Positions 29,301-42,290 of a stretch of DNA of 64,000 bases are shown piece by piece (position 1 is the first letter of the stretch; every line of letters starts with the position of its first letter). The notes beneath the pieces are model-generated. The model was not told the DNA's origin. It was given only the letters and a program-made list of their open reading frames with translations, and did no database searches. Source of the DNA: Camelus ferus (taxonomy: Eukaryota); NCBI RefSeq assembly GCF_009834535.1, contig NC_045697.1, positions 18,292,001 to 18,356,000 on the forward strand, read 5' to 3'. The position numbers and the translations under genes were made by a program.

Positions 29301-29477
29301 TTCACCTCAACTCATAACTTTAAATTTACTTGTGGATGTATTTGTATAAGATCTATCTTCCTTCCGCTAGATTTTTTAGCTCCATGAAGGCAGGGATTCT
29401 TGTTGCTCATCGTTTTATTCCCAGAGTCCTGCACTGTGTCAGGCACATGGTAAAGGTGTTGGATGAATGAATATATA

Positions 29478-29504
29478 CTGGATGGATGGATGGATGGATG
29501 GATG
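29478..29504. repeat. (GGAT)n tetranucleotide repeat
   Basis: About 6 TGGA units at an L2-type tail. Confidence 0.9.
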
Positions 29505-30114
29505 AACGCAACACACGCAACACACGCTACACAGGTCTGCAGCTGTGATTGTAGCCTTTCATTGTGTGCAGCCCTGCACCTCTGAGCACTTAATTACTCA
29601 TCTTCCTACACCACCTTTGTGGGATAACAGCTGTCATTATGTTCACACAACAAGAACAAATAAAAAGAAGAATTAAGGGGCTTTCCTTGGAATACCTATA
29701 ACCATCTGAAATATTTGATGTTCAATGCACTGGCTTGGCCCACTCTGAAATCTCACTGCTGAACGAGAGTCCAAACATCTAACCAGGGGAAGCCCAGGTG
29801 GGCCCCATGTTAATTCTTCAGCTGTTCTACTGATGGAAGGGGCCCCAGGAGTACAGGATGGGCAGCTGAAGTGGTGGTGAGGGGCACTCTTGGGCCTGGG
29901 GACTACCAGCGTTACCAGGCGAGGAATCACTGCAAAGCTTTCACTGGAATATCGAATTGGTATGTACCTGAATGTCAGCTCTGATCTCTGGAATCTTATG
30001 TGAGCATATTGATTCTGTCTTCACTTAAAATTTTGTGATTCTGTTCATCATGGATTCTTTACATTAATTTTGAGCTTTAAAAATATTGTATGAAATGTTA
30101 TTTATCATGGCCCC

Positions 30115-30800
30115 TGTTATGAGTTGAATGGTACACTCCCCCCAAATTCATATGTTGAAGTCTGAACCCCTAGTACCTCAGAATGTTACATTATTTGGAA
30201 ATAGGGTCACTGTAGATGGAATTAATTAAGATGAGCTCAAACAGGGAGGGGGTGGAGGGATAAACTGGAGGTTCAGGATTTGCAGGTACTAACTATATAT
30301 AACAGATAAACAAGGTTCTATCATATAGCACAGGGAACTATATTCAATTTCTTGTAGTAACCTATAATAAAAAAGAATATGAAAAGGAATACATATATGT
30401 ACAACTGAAACATTATGCTGTACATCAGAAATTAACACATTATAAACCAACTATACTTCAATAAAAAAAAGTTATTTAAAAACGAGATCACACTGGAGTA
30501 GGATGGGTCCTTAATTCAATATGACTGGTGTCCTTATGAAAAGAGGACATTTGGACAAACACAGACACTTTCACACGGAAAACGCCATGTGAAGATGCAA
30601 GGTTATGCTGCCACAAGCCAAGGAAGGATCAGAGGCTGGAGAGGGGCCTAAAGCAGATCCTTCCCCAGAGCCTTGGCAGGGAGCACGGCTCAGCTGACAC
30701 CTTCATCTCAGGCTTCTAGCTTCTAACACCGCCATAAATTTCTGTTGTTTAAGCCAGTTTGTAGTACTACGTTCTGGCAGCCTTGGCAAGCTAATATAAC
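30115..30800 (+). mobile_element. MLT1 (ERVL-MaLR) solo LTR
   Basis: TGTTATGAGTTGAAT...CCCCCAAATTCATATGTTGAAGTC start; GCCACAAGCCAAGGAA; ATAAATTTCTGTTGTTTAAGCCA end. Confidence 0.85.
30243..30470 (+). mobile_element. L1 3'-end fragment nested inside an MLT1 LTR
   Basis: GGGATAAACTGGAGGTTCAGGATTTGCAG...CACAGGGAACTATATTCAA...CTTCAATAAAAAAAA; splits the MLT1 at its AAGATGAG motif. Confidence 0.82.
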
Positions 30801-32413
30801 TTCTGAGCTTTCCTGGTGCCTGCCTCCTTAAATTTTATGCGGAGGGCATATGTCTCACTCTCGCCTCACCAAGGTCCCAGCCCTCCATCCTGCTGTGATC
30901 CACTCCACTCCTGCCAGCACCTGCATTTCTGGGGTTTAAGAGGAAAGGAAGCCCTTACATAGAAAATGAAAAAGAGCTTATGAGATTCAATTGGTTGTCA
31001 AAAATGGCCTTAGTTGGGGTGGGTGTCAGGGGAGAAAGGGAACAATATTATTTTAGACTTCACCTTCTGAAGTCTCAACTTCTGGGGCAGAAGAGGGCAC
31101 TGGAAGAGATTTCCAAAGGGGTCACACATCATCTGTTTCTCCAAAGCAAATTCCCAGGCCTTTCCTAAGCTCCAACTCTTCATCAAAGGCCCTATGGCCC
31201 CTGTTCTGTAACAACACTCATATCTACTGAACTCTTTCTGACCGGTCTAAGTCCACCAGAGTTAAAGGCTTCTGCTCTGTTCTTAGACTTCAGCCTCAAT
31301 GCTTCAATACAGCTATCAAGTCACCCCCGACTTTCTTTTTGCAGGCTCAGGAATAACACTTCTTTAGCCTTTCTGGAAACTTTAATCCGGTCTATGTGCC
31401 CAGGGCCTAAAAGAAGTTGTTTGACTTAAATGTAAACAGAAATGACAGGGGAAAAAATGTAGAGAATATGCCCCCCTTATACCCTGTCATCACCTCCTCT
31501 TGGCTTTCTTTTCTTTAAAATTTCCTTTTTAAAGAAAATTTGGATTGTGTGGGGACTCTGAGTGAATGGAGCCTGTTTGGAGAGACAGTTATCTGCTTGG
31601 CATAGTGAAATGATGAAAGGATGGAGGAATGGAGGCCCCCCTCTACCAACCAAAGTACCCAACAGTCCTGATACATTCTTCTAAATTATGCATATGAAAC
31701 TGGTAATTATTGTTTCTGTTCTTTAGATTTTTTGGTAAGCATCTGACCATAGATAGATAGATTGATACAGATATAAATAGATATATATCTATGATAACGT
31801 ATACTGAGTTCCTAAAGCAAGCTGCTCCATGGTTCTGCCACTATAAGCCCACTCTCACACGGGATGTAGAAGTCAATTAAAAAATGATGACATGCAAGCA
31901 AGAGACCCAGTTCTCAGTTTCTGTAACTCTCGTAGAGAATCATTGTACAAGGATGAAAAGTTAGAGCAACATCAATAGTTGCATTCATTTCAAATCTAGA
32001 TTACAAACATAAATACGAAGGCAGTCTGCTTGTTCGTTTTATACTAAGCCGTAGTTACCAACTCTTCTCCATAAGCAAACATTAATCCTTTGATTTATTT
32101 TTCAGAATCCTTTGTAGAAGGTACTTTTCAAAGAAAATGAATTATACAGAGCCATGCAAGGAAGAATGTACAATGAGACCCAGAGAGAGAACTAGTTTCT
32201 CTTGCTTAGAAAAAAAGATTGTGGAAGAAATAGTTTGTGGACGTTTAAAAAAGAAAAAAACGTATAAAGGTTAGCTACAGGGCAGACTAGTTATCGTCCA
32301 GGCTTAGAGAAGCTGAATAAGGAGGCGGGAGAACCACAGTGTGGGGTGTGGGTATGAAGGTTCCCTAACCCTCATCCAGCAAAATTTTGAATCCAAAGAA
32401 AAATCACACTTAC

Positions 32414-32472
32414 TTGATGGTCTGATTATGGTGGTTTTTCAAATCCTGTCCAGCGCTGGTGGTAACTACTAT
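32414..32472 (-). CDS. SEL1L3: SEL1L3 exon 6 (IVVTTSAGQDLKNHHNQTI), 59 nt
   Basis: Acceptor cacatag|ATA; donor CAA|GTAAGT; phase 0 in, phase 2 out. Confidence 0.93.
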
Positions 32473-34912
32473 CTATGTGGGAGAGATACACAAGGATCAG
32501 TTATGTCTCAACACCCCACATCAGAAACACAGTCCTGGGTATCCATTATGCGTAAGTGTTCCTCCTGATCAGTTTCCACAAAAAAATTAAATTAGCAGTT
32601 TTCTAGCCCTGTGTACATTCTTCTCCAAATGACTCGATGTGATAAAAAGATCTATAATGCAATTTCCCCACAGTGGGCTTCAGACACTTCCCAACTACAA
32701 GCCAAAGGTTCACTCACTGGGTGTATTCATGCCTGAAAGCTGGTTACATAGCAAAACAAGGAAATGTGTAAGACGCTGCAAGGGGTTTTTCAAATTTTAC
32801 TCTGATTCCATGAGAGCCTTAGGGTGAAAAACAAGACTGGCGCTGAACGCTCTTCACGCACTGCTGTTTCCCGCCCTCTCTCCCTCCGCACTGAGATTCA
32901 TCACTGTCATTTCGATGGTGACAGTGTTTTCGTCGCCAGTGTTGTTAGCTGTCACGAATCCTTCTCGTGTCTGGGACAGCAACATGAAAGCCCCTGGGGT
33001 GAAGGGGTTCCTTCAGCTCCCCCAGCGCTCACACAGAGCAAGTGTTCAGGAAACATGTTCTGGCTTAAGTAGATTCTCAAAGAACTGGCGCCAACACCGT
33101 GTGTCCAAGACAACCTAACCCAGAGGAACCAACCCGGCTCAGCCATAAGCAACATGCTGGTTCGGAGAAGAAAATGACTCAGACCAGCTGTTTCTCTAAA
33201 CCAACTATTTACTTTACATAAATCTGTCCATATAGTCGAAGCGATGAATACAGTAGTCTCACCACAGAGCTGGATTTTGTGTAGAAAAACAATAAGTACT
33301 GTTTTGCAATCTACGTGTATTAGGGAGACCGGATGGGATGGAAGGAAAGAAGGACAAATGGCAAAGTCTACAAAAGAAAAATCTACATTTTTTCCCACCC
33401 CTCTGTCTCCCTAATCCTTCTCTCTTGCTTTACCTGATCATGTACTCTGCCATTAAATTCATCTCTTTAATGAAAGGACAGCTTTAACTTACTCTTCTGC
33501 TCAAAAACCTTCGTTGATGCCATACTGCCTTGCAAGTAGAAATTCAAATTCCATGATACTCAAGATTCTCCACATTCTAACCCTAAAGACATTTTTTCTT
33601 CTATTAGTGTTCTACAGTCTGCAAATTTCTACTCCAGACTGGTTTATCTGCTAGCCCCCAGTGATGTGTTAAATGTCCCCTCCTTGTTCCTCCATCTAAA
33701 TTCTGCCCATCTGTAGAAACCTTCCCTATGAAAGCTTCCCTGAGCATCCCAGCAGGAAGTGCTGTCTCTTTTTCTGTGAATCAATATGAGTCATTCGGCA
33801 ATTAAGTACACCCTATGACATCCCGTCACCTGCTTAACGTGACTTTCATAAAAAGTTTGTAAGCTCCTTGAGCATACTGCCTTGCATACAGCAGGTGCAA
33901 AATAAGATCTGTGATTTGCTCTGGTGATTTGATACCTGTCTAAGTGACCCACGGTACTGAGCTGACCTTAAGAAAAAGCAGCAACCGAACTATAATGCCA
34001 TCATAATCCGCAAGTCAGCGAGAAGCTAAAACACAGGCAACAGCAATGTCACCTAACATCATTTAAGGAAACAAACACTCAAAAAATGCCAGCTAACATC
34101 TTACAGACTCCTCTCAGGAAAGCTATAAGGACCGACCTGATTTCTTTTTTCTTCAGAAAAAGGAAATGTGATAAACCTAACCACCGAGGGAAGTCTGTGT
34201 ATTATCTAATGCACACAACAAACAAAACGTCTCTTCCACTTTTCTTATGGGAAAATCACAAATCAATATGGAAAGCTGACGAGAAAATAAAGCAACCAGA
34301 AAAAACATAGCATACTGACATCGCATATATCAAGAAATGGAATTATCTTCAATTATGACAACAGATTTGCCCATAATCCATAAAAGCTGTGTTACGAGAG
34401 CTTGAAACTGTTATGTGTAGCATTTTATGGTACAAAGTAGATAAAACCCTCCATCTTACCAGAATTATCACTTAGGTTTGTTGGTTATTATTTGTCTGTT
34501 TAATGTCAAGCATAAGCAATTGTTTTCACTGCCAAAAACAATCAAAGCATTTCTTGGCTGAACTAACCAATAAATTTCCTGTAAAAAAAGTTGTAGATTT
34601 GATAACACTATATAAATATGGCCAAGGCTGTTTTAACATTTATCTCCCTAATGCCTAGCTAGCTGGGAGACAAGGCCTGAATTGCTCGGAAAATTGTGGC
34701 TATATAGCTGGCTATATTATTTACTCATTCACAGTATAGTTGAAAGAAGCACTTGAAAAGTTAATTAAATGGGATAAGAGTTTTATGATTTAAACTTCCA
34801 ACTATAAAAATTTGATTAAAAAAAGTGTATGGTTGTAAAAGTTTATCAGTTACCACAAATTTGTTTTTGCAGATTTCCTAGCTCCCTGACTTTACAGCAA
34901 TGCTCCACGTTA

Positions 34913-35101
<189 letters not shown>

Positions 35102-35415
35102 TCACCCAAAAAAAAAAAAAAGTACTTAAGAGTGATTGAAGTGGTTACAACTTTCCAACAATTGTCCTAAAAGGCTATGAGACTAGGTCCCATTCCTTCT
35201 TCCTTTATCAACTAACCAAAATCAACCAACCAAACAGACATATGAGTGCATTCCTCTATAAATAAGATGTTTGTTTTAAGCTTCCAGGAAAGAAGTTTAA
35301 CTTGAAGCCCATACTTGTAAACCATCACTCTCATTGACCTGCCATGCTGAGAACATCTTCCTTACTCTAGACAGACGTTATCTGTCAATAGACAGAGTAT
35401 AAGAAAATTACACTA

Positions 35416-35682
<267 letters not shown>

Positions 35683-37205
35683 TCATGTTCATCATGGGAG
35701 ATCAGCTTGCAAAGCTTGATTTTTGAGACAAAGGAGGTAGTTATAGTAACTGCAAAAGACAGGAGTTAAGCATCATTGTACAAAACAAGCAGACATGGTA
35801 CCTTGCACCACAAACTCTGTGCCTCTCTGAGAATCACACATGCCTGCCATTTGAATTCTTGATTAAGGCTTATAAAGCCAGACTCAGGAAAAAAAATCTG
35901 GATTTTAATAAGAGGTGATTTGATAAGAAGCTATTCTAATTTCAGTGATTAAAAAAAAAACATAATTAGGGCTTTTTGAGCAATTTTGTGTCTTTCAAAG
36001 ATAAAAGCCCTAAGGCAGAAAAATGTCATAATCTGCAAATGGCATCACTATAGGCTAATCGGGACACAGAGATCCTATTTTAATGCACACATTAGGTTGT
36101 TCAGTATCACAGTTCTGGCTGACCAATGTGGAACAGCTACTCTAATTGTTCCATTTCTGGGCTAGGGCTATTTTAGTTGAAAAAAAATATTGTCCATCTG
36201 TGATTTGTGGAGTCAGGATAAAACAACAGTAGTCAACTCAACTAGGACACATTGAACCAAGCTATGTGATCCATCAATCATTCGACAAATATTTGCTGTT
36301 TGAACACTTGCTTGATGCCACACATCATGCTAGTGACCAGCAGTTCAAAGATGAGCTGGGAGTCATTGCATCTTGCATGTGAAGTATGAATCAAGGTCAA
36401 GACCAGTACAGAGGATGCCCTCCATTATCCCAGTCACCAACTCAAAGTTTGGGTTAAAGTGGCAGTAGCCAAGTTCTCTGGGGATACATCCCAGCAAGAC
36501 CTTTAGAATATTCTGGGCTTTATAATCTGGCCTCCAAATCGGTGGTGAGATATGCAAACAGATGGTGCCACACAGCTCCCTCCTGACCCAACCAGCTGAG
36601 CAAGCTCATGAAGATAAGTTATTACAAGGAAGCTTAGCAAGAACATACGCTTAGTAAAGTGACTCAAGATCTTTCTACAGCCAGCAGCATGGGAAGATTT
36701 AAATCACTCTGCTAAATCCATCCAGTCTGAGGTGAACCAGGAACCATTTTCAGCATCTTCAATTCAGCAGAAGGAAAAAAATATATATCTGGATTTTGCT
36801 GAAATCAATGGAGGAGATCAGAAGCTGTGAGATTTCAAGCAGTTCATCCAATCTTCCAAGACAGAACAGGTAAAGCAAAGGCTGCAATCGGGCTGGGCTG
36901 TGGCTGGCTGCACCCGCCACCTTGCAAAGCCTCAGGCTCCAACACCTGCCTCCCCTACTTGGGTCATTCCTGGAACCAACGTATGAAATCTGAAGCTAAT
37001 TGAGGATTGCTAAGTGCAAGAATAATTTCAGAGAACTTTGAGGTTTTCGGGTCCACAAATTCTGCCTAAGCTGAGTAGATCTCAACATTTTCCTGAAGCA
37101 TATTACAAAGGGAAGTCCTCCTAACTGGCTCCAGTAGCCTGCTCTAGTCCTTGGATAAAAAGTGAGCCTGCCATCCCACCGACCCCCTTCACCAGCCCCT
37201 GCTTA

Positions 37206-37358
<153 letters not shown>

Positions 37359-37980
37359 TTAATTATTTTCAGAAAAACACTGCTTCCAACATCACATTCT
37401 TCCTGGAAACCTCTGCCTAGCTCCTATCACATATTTAAATGAGATAGTCTGAAAATATTAGCACACTGAATATACGCCCCGGTGTCCGAGAAGCACTTTA
37501 CAGAGCTATCTCAATTAGTGTTCATAGCAACCGTATAAAGGAGATTCTATTATTAGTCCCATTCTACAGATGAAAAGCCCAAGGCATAGAGAGGTAAAAT
37601 AACTCGCCTGAGGTCACAGAGCTAATAAGCTGTGGAACCAAAATTTCAAATTTCCAGCTCTGGTTCTATGTGCTTAACCATTTTACATACACTGCCCTTC
37701 TAATGCTAAGAAAAGCTTTTTGAATTTGTGTAGTGATAGTAACAGATAACACTTCAGTAACACTCACTATGGTCCACAGTGCTGTAAACATAAAATTCAT
37801 GCAATCCTCATTAGTATCCTCAATCTACAGATGACGAAATGGACACACTGCTGCCAAAATAGTAACTAACATTTATGTAACCCTTCGAATATGGCAGGCA
37901 ACATGCTAAGTACATTTCAGGAATAATCTCACTTAATTTCACAACTAAAGAAATAGACTCTAATGGGTTTTTTTGCATTC

Positions 37981-38860
37981 TTTTTTATTGAAATATAGTC
38001 AGTTTACAACATTGTGTCAATTTCTGGTCTACAGCATAATGTTTCTGACATACATATACATACATATATTCCTTTCCATATTCTTTTTCATTATAGGTTA
38101 CTACAAGATATTGAATATAGTTCCCTGCACTGTACAGAAGAAACGTTTTTTATCTATTTTATATGTAATAGTATCTGCAAATCTCAAACTCCCAATTTAT
38201 CCCTTCCCATCCCCTTTCCTTCCAGTAACCATAAGTTTGTTTTCTATGTCTATGAGTCTGTTTCTGTTTTGTAAACAAGTTCATTTTCTTTTAAGATTCA
38301 ACATATAAGCAGTATCATATGGTATTTTTCTTTCTCTTTCTGGCTTACTTCACTTAGAATGATGATTTCCAGGTCTGTCCATGTTGCTGCAAATGGGATT
38401 ATTTTTATTCTTTTTATGGTTGAATAGTATTCCATTGTATAGATATACCACATCTTCTTCATCCAGTCATCTGTCAGTGGACATTTAGGTTGTTTCCATG
38501 TCTTGGCTTTTGTAAATAGTTCTGTTGTGAACATTAGGGTGCAGGTATCTTTTTGAATTATATTTTCTCCAGACATATGCTCAGGAGTAGGGTTGCTGGA
38601 TCATATGGTAAGTATATTTTTAGTTTTTTAAGGAACCTCCATACTGTTTTCCACAGTAGTTGCACCAATTTACATTCCCACCAACAGTGTAGGAGAGTTC
38701 TTTTTTCTCCATACCCTTTCTAGCATTTACTATTTGTAGACTTCTTAATGATGGACATTCTGACTGGTGTGAGGTGATACCTCATTGTAGTTTTGATTTG
38801 CATTTCTTTAATAATTAGTGATGTTGAGCATCTTTTCATGTGACTGTTGGCCATCTGGAT
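37981..38860 (-). mobile_element. 5'-truncated L1 (ORF2 C-terminus + 3' UTR), artiodactyl-type, inserted in a MIR
   Basis: ORF 38298..38576 gives KDTCTLMF...KTWKQPKCP...KKMWYIYTMEYY, typical of the L1 ORF2 end; 3' UTR ends in AATAAA (37989-37984) and an A-tail. Confidence 0.92.
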
Positions 38861-41829
38861 GAAAACAGATCCTATTATATCCCCAATTAACAGATGAAAA
38901 AACTAAGCCTTAGAGAGGGTGAAATAATGAGAGGGATTCAAACTTGAGCAGTCTGGTTTTTTCAGGATCCATGAACTTAAAATTACATAGTTTTTTTCTT
39001 TTTCTATGCAAACTTTCCACATAAACTCAACATGTTACCCTGTGCAAATATTACTAACCATGCCTCTTAAAATTAGGAAGGCTCCCATTTTATTTTGCAA
39101 ATGTGGAAGAATTTTGTGGCTCCAGAAAAGAGAAGGGTCCATAACAAATCTTAAAGTGAAAGAGTTATTTCACCTATTTTTAATTCCTCCAAGGCTAATA
39201 TGGATTTTTTTTTTATTTCCAATACCCCCACCCTACTTCAAAGAAAAAATAATTCACCAAAAACAACCTAGAAATAAAGATCACTTTTCTCTTTCTCAAA
39301 ATGATTTTTGGTTTAAATATTCAGAATTAAATGGTGGAAACAATCTATCTTCCTGAGCTTCATAGAGAGGGAAGAGCTGACTTCTGTGCAAGTTACCAAA
39401 TACCAATATTGGCAAAAATTATAGGAGCCTCAGCCTGGGATATTGGACATCCCAGCTCTCATATCTTAATGGGGAAAAGATGTATTATATAAAGAGGTAC
39501 TTCTGGTTTATTATAACTTGGAAATCATAAGATTAACATTTTCATAGTCTCAGAGATGCATTTGGAAACCCAAAAGGGTGGAGTTATCAATTCCAACAGA
39601 AATACTTCACATCTTTTTTTTCTTTGCAATTTGAGCTCAACCTGGGCACACTGGACTTGCTGGTCAGTTATGGGAGCAGGGAGACAGAATTAGAAATGGA
39701 AATACTGCAAGGGTGTCTTCAGAATCCAAGGAAAAAATTTCACCAAGAGGTTGATATCAGCCCAACTCCGGCTGGCTTCCACCGTGTTGAGCAAAACATA
39801 AGCGACCAGATGGTCACGTTAGCCCCCTGGGACGCCTTCTGCTAGTGATTGCTGTTGAGTTATCTAGTATATAGCAGAAACATTTATCAACATGAGCGTG
39901 ATTTGATTCTGCCTAACCTGACTCCAGTAAAAGGTGGCCTCATAAGGAAGGTTTCCAAAGTGAAGGGAGTTAAAAGTGAATGTTGATGAGCCTTTCCTTT
40001 ATCCAGGGATCAAAGTAAAGCTGGTTGAATAGGAGAACTTGCAGCAAAAGACTGTGGAGGGAAAATCTAAGACCTAAGATCTAAAATAATTTTACAAAAA
40101 CATGTATCTTTTGTATCCCATCAAACCAAAGTGATGGTGGTTTTCTTGTAAAGACTGTAGCTTTAATAGTTCTATGATTTGGAGTTCTATTCATTTTCCC
40201 TCAGTTTAATACTGTCTTCCCATTTAACTAGAAATAATTAATAAGGATGAAATTTTGGGGCAGGAAAGGACTTTCGAATTCATCTAGCCCAAGAGAACAT
40301 TTTCTAGTAACTGATGGGCTGCTTGGAGCGCCATCACTCTTTAGTGATGGTTGTCCTAGGCACTAGAATGGGGAGTAACAGTACCAGTGCCATTCCCCAT
40401 TAAAGAATTTACAGGGAGGAAAACTTGGGTCAAAGAGGTTAAGTGGCTTGCCCAATTTTCTCTAAAAATGTAAGTTCCAAGAGAGCAAGGACTTTATTTC
40501 ATTCATTATTCCATCCTCAGACCCAGAACAGTGGTCAACACTTGGTAGAGGCTCTATAAATATTTAGGGAGTAAATGAATAAATCAGTCAAATGAACAAA
40601 TGAACATAAGTGCAGCCAAGTCAGGATTTGAGTGTGTCTCTCTTTCGCCCAACATATTCCATAATTTTATAATGTGCCCCACGCTGCCCAAGCCAAATAA
40701 TTAATAGTTTCTTTTCATTCAGATCCTTCTCCCAAATCCATTTCTCTGGCTAATCTTAAATGAAGAAGTTAGGTAGAGAAAAGTGATCCTTATGGCATAA
40801 ACCCAAAATGCCAGTTTGGAATCCCTTGGCCATTGTGCTTGTTCTATTTTCTCAAATTTTATAGCAAGAAGAGGCATTAAATATAACCTAGTGCAAGCTC
40901 CTTCATTTGGAGACAAGAAAAGTGTCAGTGTCTTGTTGAAGGTTGTATAGCTAATAAGAGATCCAGGTATGACTCAAACCTGGTGTCCCACTGCAAACCA
41001 ATGGGCTTTTTCTTAAACCATAGCACATCTCACAAGTCCTCCCAGAGAGAACTAGGCATGATGTTCAGCTGGCATGCCCCTGTGTGCCTGCACTGGTTAT
41101 CAAAATACTGAAATACATCCATATGGGTTAGATGACTGGTGTTGCCTTGAACATCCAAGGCCCCCATCCACTACCCACCCTGGCTTCTCCTTCAGAGTAG
41201 AGTTTGGCACAGCAAGGATCTCCAGTACCATCCTGCTTCAGCACCAGGGCCAGCACCCGAGAGAGACTGGGGCCCCCACCTCAAACTATCTGTTAAGTAT
41301 TTTGAATATCACCCTGAGTGGGGTGGCTGTGGGGACGTTCTCCGGTTCAGCAGAGTGATCAGAGTCCTGACATGGATCCTGGCTCTGGGGAGCATCCCGT
41401 GTCCATGTGCCAAAGCCCTATTCAGGATGAGCTTCAAATACACCACAATGATGCAGCTGAGGCCCTCAGTCCCTTAGTGGAGAAGTTACAGATAGTCTTG
41501 AGGCAAGAAGTAACTGTGGCTAACAGTTTGTAAGGGGAACCTGGAAGAAAAGGAGCTAAGATTTTCCAAAGCAGAGAAGTAAAGTTAGGATGCTGATAAC
41601 TCAGTCTGCTTTCCAAACACAGGACACTGAACAGGCAGTGGCGATCAGGAGTTTTATTTTCCTTAAAGCCAAAGCCTGAGAACACAAACTCCATTTTCTA
41701 GCAAGTATGATTTAGGTCAGAACTCCCCCCACCCCCCCACCAAGGGGTACTATGTGAGTGACTAAGGAAGTCTGTAAAATATTCAACACCAGGAGTCATA
41801 GGAATAAATAAATTCTACTCCCAGTAATT

Positions 41830-42290
41830 TATCGTCCAAACATATTTATTTTCTGCACAAAGATACATGTCCAGGGATGTTTGGTAAACCTTGTTGTTAA
41901 TAGTAAAAGACTAGAAATGACCTGCATGACCATCAGCAGAGGCAGGTTACATAAATTATAAACTGTCAGGCAATGCAATACTAAGGAACTATCGAAGAGA
42001 ATGGGGCTGTGTAGCATGGACTGCCGTAGAAAAAAAACCTCTGCTGTGTTGTTGATGAGCACAGGTTAGAGTCTACGGTATCCTCCTCCATGTGTATGGA
42101 AAGAAGGGGCTACCAGTTTAAAGCCTACATGAGCAGAGAGCATCTCTGGAAGGGGACACAGACACTGGTGTTACTGAGTTTGCCTCTAGAAATAGGACCA
42201 GAGGAGTGGGTGGGTGGGAATTTACTCCTCCCCCAAACCCTTTAACACTCTGATTTTTTTACCGGGCACCAGGTATTACTTTTTTGGCTG
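41830..42290 (+). mobile_element. Ancient L1 (L1ME-like) 3' fragment (similar tracts near 26.87-27.3, 46.75-47.06 and 51.65-52.3 kb)
   Basis: Degenerate L1 3' motifs: CACAAAGATACATGTCCAGGGATGTT...CTAGAAATGACCTGCATG. Confidence 0.55.

Noticed and set aside
38298..38576. 92-aa ORF as a host gene
   Set aside because: It is the L1 ORF2 C-terminal remnant.
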